Origin: Bugula neritina
Lineage: Eukaryota; Animalia; Bryozoa
Reading direction: 5' to 3'
Length of the DNA stretch: 64,000 bases
NCBI GenBank assembly: GCA_964035545.1
Contig: OZ037766.1
Span: 27,263,673 to 27,327,672, forward strand
The translations under genes were made by a program, and so were the position numbers. Shown here one piece after another: positions 34,274 through 55,400 of the stretch (within the stretch, counting starts at the first letter, position 1; every line of letters starts with the position of its first letter). Under the pieces are notes generated by a model. The model made no database searches. It had not been told where the DNA came from and saw only the letters and a list, made by a program, of their open reading frames with translations.

Positions 34274-37270
34274 ATGCGTCTCGTAATTTTAGAAGATTTG
34301 GATGGGGTGGCTGAGCATGCAGCTAAGTATATAATCAAGCAGATTAATTCTTTCAACCCTTCAGCTGAAAATCACTTTGTACTTGGCTTACCTACAGGTA
34401 TGAGAGTATTTTAAAAGTTGACTTTTACAATAAGGGTGATCACTGTAGAACATTGAAATCATTATAGGCTCTGCTGTATTTCTCTCGATTATTTTTTATA
34501 AAACTTCAATAAAATGTGACTGTTATGTTAAGTTTTTTAAAAAAGTGTAATTTTGAAAATACTTTAAACATTATAATAATGAGTCAATAGTGTTTTACTC
34601 CTTCTTTTGATGTTATTGTGAAGGCATGTTTTATTACAGGCTCAACACCATTGGGAACATACAAGAAGTTGATAGAATATTATAAAGCTGGTGAAGTATC
34701 TTTCAAGTATGTCACCACCTTCAACATGGACGAGTATTGTGGTAAGGGCATCATTTTGCTGCATGCGAAGCTGTTAAATGTTGATCAGTGATTATCTATA
34801 GTTTTATGTATTTTCAAATTATTTGATAATGTTATAGAAGCCATAATTCAAAGTTAAATAATATTTTATTGATTTTCTTATTGATAACTTAAACTCGTAA
34901 TGATGAAAAAGGTAGCTAAAGCTAGTCTAACTGTCAATTTTTAATAAATCGCTCAAGCCTTCCACGAGTTTTGCTAAATTGAAAATCACAATTAAAACTT
35001 TTCCCCATCACTAGTTTATTATAATCCACTTTTATCAATTTGAAAACAGCCAGTTATATATGAGTTCATTGAACTAAAATCTAGTTTGACTATTTTAAAT
35101 TGAAACCTTGTCTAGTTAATAATTGGCATAAACTATTGGTCCTAAATGTGAGGGACGTTATTGTTGCCACATGTTTCCACTAATGTTTGTCATTAGATTG
35201 ATTGTTGAATCGTTATAAGCTTATGCAGTTCATTACTCTGTTGGCTGCAATTCATTATTGAAATTTTTTAAGTTTCATTTCAAGAGAAAATGTATAGCTA
35301 AGTATTTCATCATTGATTAATACATATGTGTGCTAGTATATTGAATTTAAAAAAATATAATCTATGTTCAGGAAATTATTATCAGCCTAAATTCTTTCTG
35401 AAAGTGATGAGTCTTAAAATAAGTTTTTGTTCAAGTTATTTGGTTTCCGCCCACTTTCTGTGATGCAACTATCTGTGAATTTTATCTGTCTCCATGATTT
35501 GGTGTTTTAGCAATTCCAAGAGACCACCCAGAAAGCTATCATTCCTTCATGTGGAACAACTTGTTCAAGCATGTCGACATTCCAGCTGAGAATGTGAACT
35601 TGCTAGATGGTAATGCGGAAGATCTAATGGCAGAATGTGATCAATACGAAGAGAAGATTCTGAAAGCTGGCGGTATCGATCTATTTGTTGGTGGTAAGAT
35701 TTACCTTTTCTTGTGAATCTATACTATTATTGTGTATTTCATACCTTGTGTTGAAAACAGTCTGTTACGTCTTAATATTTTTTATTTCAAAATATTAGCA
35801 ATTTATGCTAGATATAATAGAGTATGATTCATCTGTTCCAAGTTGATGTGAAATGTTTTACAGTCTTTGCAAGTTAATGTCTGCATTTTCTCTCTGGCCT
35901 ACTTCAATACTATACAGTGCGCTGTGGTCCCAAAACCTCGGTTTGCGACATAGTGGAATAACATATTTAACTACCAGATATTTTAAATTCGGCCATTTTG
36001 TTCCTATACATACATACATAAGCGAGAAAATGGGGGTTAAACTTCTCATGACCTATGAAGTTTCATGAAAAATGGAACCTTGAAATATAGAGGGAGCACT
36101 GTATCAGTTCTGCAGATGGTGCTGTTGTCTTCATTGCAGGTGTTGGAGTTGACGGACACTTGGCATTTAACGAGCCAGGCTCTAGTCTGGTTTCCAGAAC
36201 TCGGGTTAAAACTCTGGCTAAAAGTACGGTTGATGCCAACAAAAGGTTCTTTAATAATGATGAAGTTCAGGTGGGCACAAATCTAGTTATTTGCGTTGAT
36301 GATGCAAAGTACATATGATCTTCAAGTTCTTATGTAGAGTTTAAATTACCAAATAGGGTAGATCTTTGAATTAGAGTTTCATAGTGAATCAGCACCGACT
36401 GTAGAAGTTGCTAATACTAAGTAGAAGTAATTTATTGCTTCCTTTCAGGTACCCAAACAAGCACTGACTGTTGGTGTCGGCACTATTATGGATGCCAGAC
36501 AAGTAATGATACTGATAACTGGAGCACACAAGGCGTATGCACTTAAGATGGCGGTTGAGGAGGGCGTGTCTCACATGTGGACTCTGTCAGCATTACAGCA
36601 GCATAAGAAGGTATTTTTAGTCTCTCTAAGTCTTTCTGCTTGTTGGCTTTGGAAGCTCTCTTCTAAAGCCAACAAGCGGGTTTATATCTATCTAAAAAGG
36701 GGTTCAGAGTTTATTTATTTATCCAAATTTTAGTAGGCATTTGTAGCATGGGAAAGTTTCTGTTTGTGAAATAAAGGAACTACGCTCCAAACCCAAAGGT
36801 TAAATCAAAATCTATAAACTAAATTTCAACAAAACTCTATTTCCATATCCAGAAATACCACCCAACCACATCAATAAATTGTGGTGATGGTAAATTGTTT
36901 CATTTGAAGAATACAGTTACACCATATCAACAGCTCACAACTTTTTATCGTTTCAAAAAGTTCTTTAGTTTGATAAATTTTATACATGTTTTTGGTGCAT
37001 GTTAATGTGTCATTAACACTAGAATCAATAACTGCTAAATAGCTCCATCATTTCAAAAGCTCCTTTAATAAATGTATTAGAGTTATCTGATACATTGTAT
37101 GTCACTAACACATATTAAGGGTTGTAGCAAGTTAAATACTAGCACTTTTCTTTCTACAGGTTCTGTTTGTGGTGGATGAAGACGCTACATCTGAGCTGAG
37201 AGTAAAGACTTATAAATATTTCAAGTCTCTTCAGGATTGCTTTAAGAAAACAAGTCAGCTTGAGTTTTAG
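34274..37270 (+). CDS. GNPDA: Glucosamine-6-phosphate deaminase/isomerase (6 coding exons: 34274-34397, 34640-34741, 35511-35693, 36140-36270, 36449-36610, 37160-37270)
   Basis: [68 protein letters not shown] and ELRVKT motifs. Confidence 0.95.
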
Positions 37271-39304
37271 TCAACTTTAAGTATACTGTTTGTGACTTGA
37301 CTACAGTTGGATATTAATTTGACATGACTGAGTTACATTTGAGTTGTTAACAGTATGACATAATGGGATTCTCGGTAGACGATCAACATTTTATATTAAT
37401 ATAGATTTAAATGCTTTGCAGTGTGACTGTTTTTAATGTTCTTGTAAAGATCCTTGAAAAATAAATTAGTAGACTTGTGATATTGTAATGGTGTATTATA
37501 TATTTGTGCATTTACAGTAAAGGAAGATTTGTGCAATAATCTAAATTTTCATTTTAAGAGCAGCTGCAATTTATCCCATTTATAATATTATACTGAGTGT
37601 TATATTAATGCATACCTCATTGTCTATTGGTTGATGGATATATCATAGAAATGTTATAGAAATAATTATAAAAATATTAAAACCTTTCTATTTGTTGCAT
37701 TTTAATGTAACTGTTATTTATTACTGTACTTGTTATTTATTTCTCAACATATAGAATAAATTTGTTTTACTCTATACAATATATTATATTTTGTTTGTTG
37801 TTAATTTTATTACTTGATTTTTCTCAACTATTGTCACAGCTGTTTTCTCCTGTATTCTGGCTGAAACTTGAGGTAGAATAATGTGTTTAGGAAAATGTGT
37901 TGAGGATATCCAACACTCAAATTAGTACTGATCTAAAATAACATTCAAGAAATATTGAAAAGTTTCCTACAATAATGTTAGAGTAAGCAGTATGATTACC
38001 AGCATTATGCAGTAATGTCATCCAACAACTACCCTCCTCAGTAGCATAAGACAAATGGCAAAAAAAATTTAGCACAAGGTGTGATCAGTGATGGAAAGAA
38101 TGTTTACAGCCACCAATAAAATAATAAATGCAAATAAAATATGTGTTCACTGGCTTGTTTCTCAAAGTGTTAGGTGGTTTTGCTTGGCATTTTGTAATGT
38201 CTTGATGCGGATGGCTTAGACATAATAGAGTATTTCAAGAAATCTCTCACAGAGTGGTGCTATGTTATATCAGTTACTATAATAACTCCTAATAGTATAT
38301 ATTAGATTTGACACATAAAATTGTGTTGGAGCTGAAAATACCTTATACGCATTATATTTTGTTCATGTTATATAAATTTAATGAAGAAATAAAACTAATT
38401 GAATTAATACAATTGTTTGACATACTACTATCTATAGAAGCTATATGCTAACATGCAGAAAGTAAAAATTTGCATACAAATAATGATTTGTTTTCTACTT
38501 TATTTATCATCAAGTGAAGCACAATTGTGCCTACAGCAACAAAAATAGTAATATCATCATAAAGCATGAAGTAGAAGATAACTCCAACCTACAAAACTTT
38601 CCATAGCACGAATTGTTTTTAGTTAGTAACTAAACGCCTGTGGTTCTCGTTTTAAAGATGGGTGATCCGGTTATCTAGTTCCAACTAAGCCGATAGCACG
38701 ATATATATAACTCCAAGGCTTGCATGCGGTCTTCTCTCGTTCAATTAAGTAAAATATTTTTGCGTTGGCACTTCGTATTCAATTTGTTGCTCCTTCGCTT
38801 TAGAAATTGTTAGCCATAATTGTAGTAGTATTAGTGGTTCTCAGTATGATGGTTTAATCAACTGTTGATAATTATATTATAATAACTTAAAGATTGTCAA
38901 TTTCAAAGACAAGTTGAAGTAGTGAAGTTACTTTCAGATACACTAAGTCTAACTATAACTAAGCTATAAGTATAAGATAAGCCGTAAGCGTAAGTATTGT
39001 TAGTAGTACTAGTAGATCACTAGACGTAGTACTACTACTGGTACTACTAGGAGTAGTACTCTTACTATCTCAGTCTCACACGTGCAGGCCATCTGTTCTT
39101 GCTTCAAGTTGTTTCTACAACGCCTAGCAATGATCTTACTCACTAAAGTTATCAATTGCACCATTTTGATTTGAAACTATATTAATATATCAATATGTTT
39201 TATTTCACTATATTTTCATCAATTCGTCCGTGTTGTATCAACCAAACAACTCTTCTTTTGCTTAAAAAGATTATTTTTCACTTTTTAGTATCTGGTAATC
39301 AGGT

Positions 39305-41482
39305 ATGGCAGAGACCACTTTAGATATGGCGGAGGTTGACACAACCGGGATTTCTCTGGATGGAGACATGGAGATTCCATCTTCGGAGAAATTAGATCCG
39401 ACTGATGGACAACCCTCTACACTGGATGAACCTGTGTCTGCTACTATTGTATGTGTATCTTCATTCTTAAATTGTATCTGTGTGAACTCAGCTGCTTATT
39501 GTCTGCATTATTGTCAGTGACTACTAGTATGTATTATCAGTTTGAATATTGAATATGTTTGCACAGAATGTGACTATCATACGTATTCAACTTTAGAAAA
39601 GAGACTTGAAAATGATAGGAGAGAAATTCTTTCACGTTCTTGTGCCCAGGCAAAGCTCTAAACTGCTTAAAGATTGTAAGTTTGAAAGAACCCCCTTAGT
39701 ACTCATTCAAGTGCTTTTAATGAATTGAAGTTGAATCGGTCAGCCTTACTTCTTTAATTTAGAGTTAACTCAAATCAACCTTGCGTTAAGAAAGATTAAT
39801 TATTTGACAAAGAATAACACATCCAAACTGGGCAGTGCAAGCATCTATAAACTTTACTTTAGAGATCTAGCGAAACTCATACTGTCTAATGACATAAAAT
39901 TTCTAGGTTAGGGTTTATAAAGGCAAGTATTTAGTTATACTACACCTTAATGGTGTGATATGTTTCCTGTGTCACCATTTGAGCCTATAGAATACAATAT
40001 GTGGTCATGACTTTCGGTTTTTACAGCTTGCCTTATTTAAATTCGTTGCACAATCAAAATATGTAGATTTTACGCAAAATATTTACTACTTGACACTTAA
40101 TGACATTTGCCTTTGATTCTGTGTAACTTTTTTTATATTATCTATATTATTGTTTTTTTTTTGGAAGTATAAGTTAGTTTTTGCAAGAGCTCCATTTCAA
40201 TTTGCAGGGGATTTGTGGGGCCCCCTGGTGCTTTGTATGTTTATGGCAATGATGTTACAAAACAGGCAGTCTTTGGAAGACATGAAGAGTAAAAATGGTG
40301 GTCCAGAATTTGCAACTTTCTTTGTTATATACTGGGTGGGGGCGCTGATTATAACTATCAACACTATATTGCTTGGAGGCTCAATGTAAGTCTACGCTCT
40401 CTCTGTGCTTTTCAGCCTCATAGATTTTATTATGCTCAAGTTTTCCGTTGTATTTCTCCACAATGCAGTTTCACAATTTTATACATTACAGCTCTATATT
40501 TAATACATTACAGGTTTATATTCCATACATTGCAACTATATACTTCATATATTACAGCTCCATATTCTATATATTGCAGCTTTATATTCTATATATTACA
40601 GCTCTATATTCTATATATTACAGCTCTATATTCCAGTGCATGTGTGTGCTAGGATACTGTGTAGTTCCTTTAGCCGTTGCACTAACTCTTTGTAAAGTCA
40701 TTCTACTAGTAGATGCGGAGAGCACAGGGCTGTTTGTGGTTAGATCTATCATTGTACTCATAGCTCTAGCTTGGTCTATATTTGGTAAGTTTAGCACTTC
40801 CTGTCATTTGATGTATCATAATCTGCCTCTGTTCTCAGACTTCTCTGAATTTTGGAATTATCCCCACTTTATTTGAGCTTCTTGTCTCTAATATTAACAT
40901 AGGCACCTATTACGTTTCTTGGCATCAAAATTTACTTTGTTATTAAGTTAAAACGACATCTCTTATGCCTTTAGTGATTTAAAAAAAATTTCACGCCAGC
41001 TGAATGCAGCGAAACTGATTATGGTAGAAACCAGATTTCTGCAGCTAGCATCAAAAACATCTATAAATGCATCACTGCAAGCTATTTAGTTTTAGTTTGA
41101 GGGTCAATGAGTCAAGGACACATAAAGTAGAAGGCAGACAACTCTGCTATCATTTCTAGTAACTTTTGTAATGAAAGATATTATGGCAGATAAGACCATT
41201 TTGTATTGCGTTGGTCTAGTCGTTTATTACTCTTTTCGCTGCAATGCAATTATAAAAAGTAAGGAAACATGGTTTATCATGCTGTGTTGAATTTTCTGTA
41301 TAGTCCAACTATGAATGCTATTTACATATCTTGAGCTAACAAACTTGTGATTTTATTGTGTTATAGCATCAACAGCATTCCTGGTGGAAAGTCAACCAAT
41401 GAAAAGGAAGATACTAGTTTTGTATCCTATTGGTCTGTTCTATTTCGTGATTAGCTGGTTGGTTATATCTCATAAAGGGTAG
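39305..41482 (+). CDS. YIPF6: Yip1-domain family member 6 (5 exons: 39305-39448, 39597-39675, ~40208-40385, ~40624-40784, 41367-41482)
   Basis: STLDEPV..TI.RDL, WDLWGPL, GGPEFA, LLGGSISIFQCMCVLGYC and YPIGLFYFVISW motifs. Confidence 0.92.
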
Positions 41483-42537
41483 CCAACTCCCAATCTGTGA
41501 CAATATAATATCTGCAAATATTCTACTTGGTGGACGTAAACCTTTCTGTTCTACCCTGTGATATATCTCATTACTGTTACATGAGTACATTGTATACTGT
41601 CCCAGCTATGCACTGGGAAGTATTATATGTTTTCATTTTGTTTCTATGCAAAGTTGAAAAGTTTGCTGTTATTAATATAGTCTTACGTGAAGCACTCCAG
41701 CTGGTGGAATTTTATGATACAAACTTGGGAAGCTACATGCTTTATATATTCAATTAAACATTTATAGTGTATGGTAATAATAAAACAGATATTTTATTTT
41801 TATAAATATTCTAGTTTCCATTTGTTATGTTTTGCTGTAAAAGTCCACTAATTCATGTATTATATTTACCCACTTTTCAAATTATAACATTATAATTTAC
41901 TATAATAACTATAACATTATAATTACTAATTTATGTAGTATATTTACCCACTTATCAAATTAAAATATTATCATACTAATAATAAATGAATTATAGTGAA
42001 AAATTTTGTGCTCCCTATAGTGTGTAGTTGACATAAATTGCAATATCTTAGAAAGAAATTTGTCGGTGTTGTGGATTTTACCCTTAAGGCACCAAATTGT
42101 GTAGCAGTGTACAGTTAGCTCTTCCTTACCACAGCACTCCATTAGCTAGCTAATTAGTTGTCCTCCAAGGGGCTTGATACAAAGAAATGGCAATGTTTCT
42201 TTAGCATAATACAAACTTCATGCTTCTTATTTATTGTATTGAATTTTTCTTAGTAAATAAATATGTTTGTACGAGTTGAAAAGTGTTTACTTTGTGCTAT
42301 TTTAGGGAAATATAAAAAATAATGACACGTTAAGGTAATGAGAACAGGTGTGTTTTATTGTGAATCTTATAAATTTTCTTTCAAAATACAAACTTTCCGG
42401 TATGATTTTGCTGTATTCATTAGCTAGCCCGAAATGTACAGAGATCTAAAACATATTAGAGTATGTTACAATATAATCAGAATAACACAAAATGAACAAT
42501 TTAAACAAATATTGTATTATAATTGTTGTAAACCATG

Positions 42538-50114
<7,577 letters not shown>

Positions 50115-51097
50115 GGCAATATATCATTGAACTGAAATAAAAAGTTAGCATGTTGTTAACAGCTGCTGTATAAGTATAATTACTTTGAAATTTCTCAAAT
50201 GCTAACATACTTGAATTTGAAATCAAAGATCTTTTTATGAATTGGTGTAAAATCTCATAAACTTTGCTGAAAAACAGTTAATTACATACTATATACTAAA
50301 GTATAGTTGAAATATATAAACCATACAGATACAACCATATGTTGAACAGCCAGGACTAGTTCAACAGATTAATAGTGCAATCTTATAGATTGCCAGACAA
50401 GCTACCCTAATATTATGTACATATTTGTTCATACATGTATAACAATATGCTGTATGACTGCTTACCTCTTTCAAGTTAGCAAAACCAGTGATCAGAGGTG
50501 CAGAAACATTAGATCTAGTCTTGGACACTAGTTAAAATTAGTGGAGAGGTATAAAAAACACCCGCAATAAAGACTTGTAACATATATGTGAACCAACACC
50601 TGGCATCACTGATTAAAACAGTAGGAACTGTATAACACATTAAGTAGAGCTTAGTAAAGCAACATTATCAGCAGGCAGCATGTAGCCTGCGCAGATGTGC
50701 ACTTTTCGACTCAAGAATAGTCGAAGCATTAGTAATTTCCCATAATTCAAAGAACCCCTGACACATTCCATTTATATTGCAGTTTTAAAATATTCATACA
50801 TATCTTGGCTATATCATCTTCAAACTGTTTGAGGGTTGTATGCCTAAACAATGTTGTTTTGTAGTAAACTTTGTGCTCATGCTGATGACGTTTCTATTCA
50901 GCTCTAAAGTCAGTGGTAGGCCTATTATGAAATTATTGCTGAATTTTATTGCATGCTATTCTTAGTGCTGCCACACACAATTTAATCGCTGGGCTGGTTT
51001 AAAGAATGTAAGATTAGCAATGCATGTCTTGACACCAACCAATGAAAATTGAATACAGATCCACACTAAAAAAAAACTAATGGAAAAAACTCGCTAT

Positions 51098-51283
51098 ATC
51101 CCTGTGAGAAACCCCTGATGAAAGGGTTTTTGTTAAAGCGGGCAATTGACTTGTTTTAATGAGGCACAGGAACAATTATGACAGGATGCTCTTCCTAACG
51201 TCACCAATGGCCTTTGTCATGGCTCGAACCCATGACCTTGTGTTTACTAGGCAAACGCTCTAACCCCTAGACCACAGCTGCTC
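51098..51283 (-). mobile_element. tRNA-derived SINE (same family as 19990-20163)
   Basis: A box TGGTCTAGGGG, B box GGGTTCGAGCC, shared core and shared CAGGGGTT(T)CTCACAGGG tail. Confidence 0.78.
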
Positions 51284-51667
51284 AAAAAAAACCTCATGGA
51301 AAGACCTGGATTAAATAGTGCAAATCTGCATTAAATGTTCAGTGATGGTTCACGAATGTTTTAATTAGCAAAAACCCTGAAGTTCATCAACTGGTAGTAC
51401 CACATTTAAAGCATTATAGGCCCAGCTCAGCTTCATATGCCCCAGTGTCCCTGCCTTGCATTCATCTTTTTCCTTGATAAATCATGACATACATTAAAAA
51501 GATGACAGCTGATACAAGTTTCTGATTTATTTCTTATCAAATATAAAAATACAAATATATCTATAAATACCATATATATGTAAAAATTGGATTAATTGAA
51601 CAACAGTGATTGTTACGGGAGTAAAACAAACTACATATGACTAAATAAAATACTAAAAAGTGATTTG

Positions 51668-51787
51668 CATGACTCAACAGACCAATCAGGTAAGTCTCAT
51701 GACTTGACAGACCAATCAGGTAAATCTACATGACCTTACGGGCCAATCAAGTAAGTCTACATGATTTGATAGACCAATCAGGTAAGC
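51668..51787. repeat. 30-bp minisatellite x4, each unit with a CCAAT box
   Basis: CATGACTTGACAGACCAATCAGGTAAGTCT-like unit. Confidence 0.9.
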
Positions 51788-52467
51788 CTGGAAGAAGCTA
51801 AATCGGCTGGAATTATACAAATCACAAAAGCTACGGATTAAATTTACAGATAGTATTATGTTGTAAAAGTTTTGTCAATATTCAAGCTAATGTTTTACCC
51901 TTAGCTTAATACCATTGACACCAAAGAAACAGCTTCCAGTTTCCATTCTTTTTTCAATCAAACTGAACTCAAGTGAACAAGAGCAACTACAAGAACCTTT
52001 AGAATGCTATCCTTTAGAATAGTAAATAGAATGAGAGCTAGTAAGTAGGGTGGCTAACAACACAGGAAACTAAGCTAAAAGTCCCTCGTCACACAAAAAT
52101 CTATGACAGCTCAACAAGAAATTGTAAACCCGCATCTTAAATTAAATTATTATTTCAAAAACTGCAACTCAAGGCATTAATAATACATTTAATAAGAAAA
52201 ATATTATCACTATATACAAATATTCTCATCATTTAAATTTTCACTCAATTGTCTCTATACTGTGTCTATACCAGAAACTGGAGCCTACATACGATAATGT
52301 AAAAATATTCTAGAAATACAGGCCAAAAGGGAAGCCTAACATAAACTGATTGAGTATTCTACAGTAGCTCATCACATGTCTTTATAGAAATGTCTAAATA
52401 TCTCCACCTAGTGGTTATGGCAGACGTCTGGACAGACAGACAGACGTCTGGACAGACAGACAGACGC

Positions 52468-55400
52468 TCATCTAGTGTTGCTGTAGTCTGCATGTATCTT
52501 GTCCAGGATAGGAATAATGGCGTCAAATCTGGGTCTCTTGGTGGAATCCTCATTCATACAGATTTTGATGAGTTTGGTGAGGTGGGAGGACGTCCCAGGA
52601 GGAATCGTAACTCTCAAGTCCTCAAGGGCCACCTTTAAAAACCACACTTAATCAGCAATAAGCAGCTAGCTTTAATTCTCACTACTTTCTTAAAGAAAAC
52701 TTTATTTAATCAAGTATTAGAAATTTTTTGAAATACACATCACGGAACAAACAAATTATTATTTTTTATACTTGAAATGCTAATAAATAAGAACAATATA
52801 GGATAATGCTGATGAGCACACAACTCTAAGCAACATAATCTATGATATATCAAAAAGTTGATGGTAGAATATTTGCAACTGACTGAGATTTAGTTAAGGG
52901 AATGGGATTATGAGAGAAGAGCAAACAGGTGGATGCAGGTGATTAGTAGACAAGAAAGTGTCAGACAACCAGGCAAATGGAGAAAGGTATGATAGGCTAA
53001 TAGACTGAGTACCTTACCTTCATGCCCACCTCCATTGGTGAGAGGTGTGAGAAGGGAACCTCCCTGGTAGTCAGTTCCCATAGAAGTATTGAGAAGCTCC
53101 ACATGTCTGCTGCTCTCACATTGATGTCATCAGCTTTCCTTTGTAATGCTACAGAACAAACTCCAAACTAGACATCATTGCTTAGTAGAAACTTACACAC
53201 TGCACCGCTGATCTACATGCTTCAGTAACTGGAGGAATGAAGAAAGTAGGTGGAGATAACGTCCATTCAGCCTAATCAGTATAGATACTTTGCGTTTGGT
53301 ATTTTTTTTAAAAAATAATATAACTTCAAACTGTTTTCAAAAATTACACAAAATCATATGTAAGTTGCAGCATAATAAACATTATGAAATATGTTCATGA
53401 AAACAAATATTACTGTTTTCGCGTCATGAAAACTGAATAGCTTTAAAGTTTAAATACACTGTTAGGTGGCATGACTAAAAGAGTTGTGTTTTTATACTCA
53501 GCTTGAGAGCCTAGCATTAATAGGCGAGAGGATAAGATATACAAAAAATCTAATTTTCAGCTCTGCTGTCCTGTGAAATAATAAAACTCTAACAGCTATG
53601 AAGATTTTGAACAAGGCTATAGCATCTTCTCTAACCTTCAGGGGCCATCCATGCCGGAGAATATTCTCTATGCTTTTCATGGAACGAGAACTTGTAGTCG
53701 GCCATGTTTATTCTTGCTGTGAAATCGTTGTCTATCTGCAGATATATAGTTGTGGTTAGAACCAATCAAACTAGCTTATCAGTGCAAGTGAATGAAACAC
53801 TGCATAGCATAATTTACCATGACTTTTGCTGCTGATGGCTAGGTTTGGTATCGAGTAGCCACGCTTACTAGATGTTGATAGCTAGGTTTGACATTGAGTA
53901 GTCACACTTACTAGAATGTGTTTGCTGTTGATAGCAAGGTTAGGTATTATAGGCTCCATAGAGTGTAAAAACTCCATCCCCTTTGCAATGTGCACAGCAA
54001 ACTTTAATGCTTGGTGAACATCTACCACAATATCTGCAGAATATAGATTAATATTATTCTGTAAACTGACCAATGTGTTGTAATATGCAGGTACCTGTGA
54101 GAACTTCAATAGTACTTAATATGAGACGACTATAATAATTTTTTTGCTAAATAATTTATACATACATGATCTTAATAGAAATCAATGGCTATGAGATAAT
54201 GTGATGTACTATATAGGCTACTCAATATAATGGTTGGTGCATATATCATAATAAACTAATGTTTACAAACACTATGTATACTCACGCACTTGATATGCTG
54301 ATATATGCGCATATAACACACAGACAGCATGGTACATCAAATAGAATTACTTGCTGACAATTAGCAAATGATATCTCCTCAACATGTAAACTTTACTTAT
54401 AGCTTGTCTTTCCAGTGTATGAAGAGACTTAGGAAAGATAATTCCAAGATAAATGATTGCTCGATTCAGGTATTTATAATAATTATATAGCTAGTAGCAG
54501 AAACGATTAAAATCACATTGATGATTGTTTACAAGAATGGGGGATAATAATGTTTGATAAATAATATTATTCGGTCATGGCCATTATACTGTTTGTATTC
54601 CCCAAGTTGTATAATAGAGGGGAAAACCTCATAAAATGATCAAAAAGTACTGGAGGTGGTTTTTATAAGATGCTAAAGAAAGTAAACAACTAGTAATAAG
54701 CACACATCTCATACAGACAACCAGTTTTATGACTTATATAATTATATCTCTATATTTAACTCATTCTTCTCTGCACAGGATACACACCTGTTTGGGCACC
54801 GTGTAGAATGTGGTAGAGAGAGCCTAAGTTCATATACTGACTAATCATGACAAGGTGCGGGGGCTGACTGCTGGCTGCCAACACGGCCAGTATGTTGGGG
54901 TGATTGAAGATCCTGAGTCTAGTAAACTCTTCACTGAAGTCTCTGGCCATTCTCATAGTACACTGTTTGACATTTAGTATCTTAGCTACTATGTCATTGC
55001 CCTGCCAGATCCCTCTCCATATCTGTAGTGATTATAGTGTATGTATATATAGGTGATTTCTAGCGAGTAGAGTTATTGAAAGAAAGGCAGACTTGAATAT
55101 AATATACACCTGTAAGCAATTTCCAGAAAGTAAAGCTATTTACACTTTTTAAAGGAAATACTATGAAACTAAATAAGTAACTAGCTATGCGATGCATTAG
55201 GAAAATATTTAAAACTAGAAAGAAATTGATACATAAACCAGATGCGCAAGTCAAAAATATATCTTCTACTATTTTGTATTTGGCAGTCAAGTTTATACTT
55301 GCTAATAATATCCAACCCAAGTAAGGAACCCTGAATTTTGGTTCCAATTAAGATATTCTGTAGCTACTTCATGAGCTTCACTTCTCATAACACTTACGTC

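Noticed and set aside
18873-37270. SORD-SORD-GNPDA as a sugar-metabolism gene cluster
   Set aside because: Both feed fructose or fructose-6-phosphate pools and SORD2/GNPDA are divergent, but adjacency alone is not evidence without conserved synteny or co-expression.
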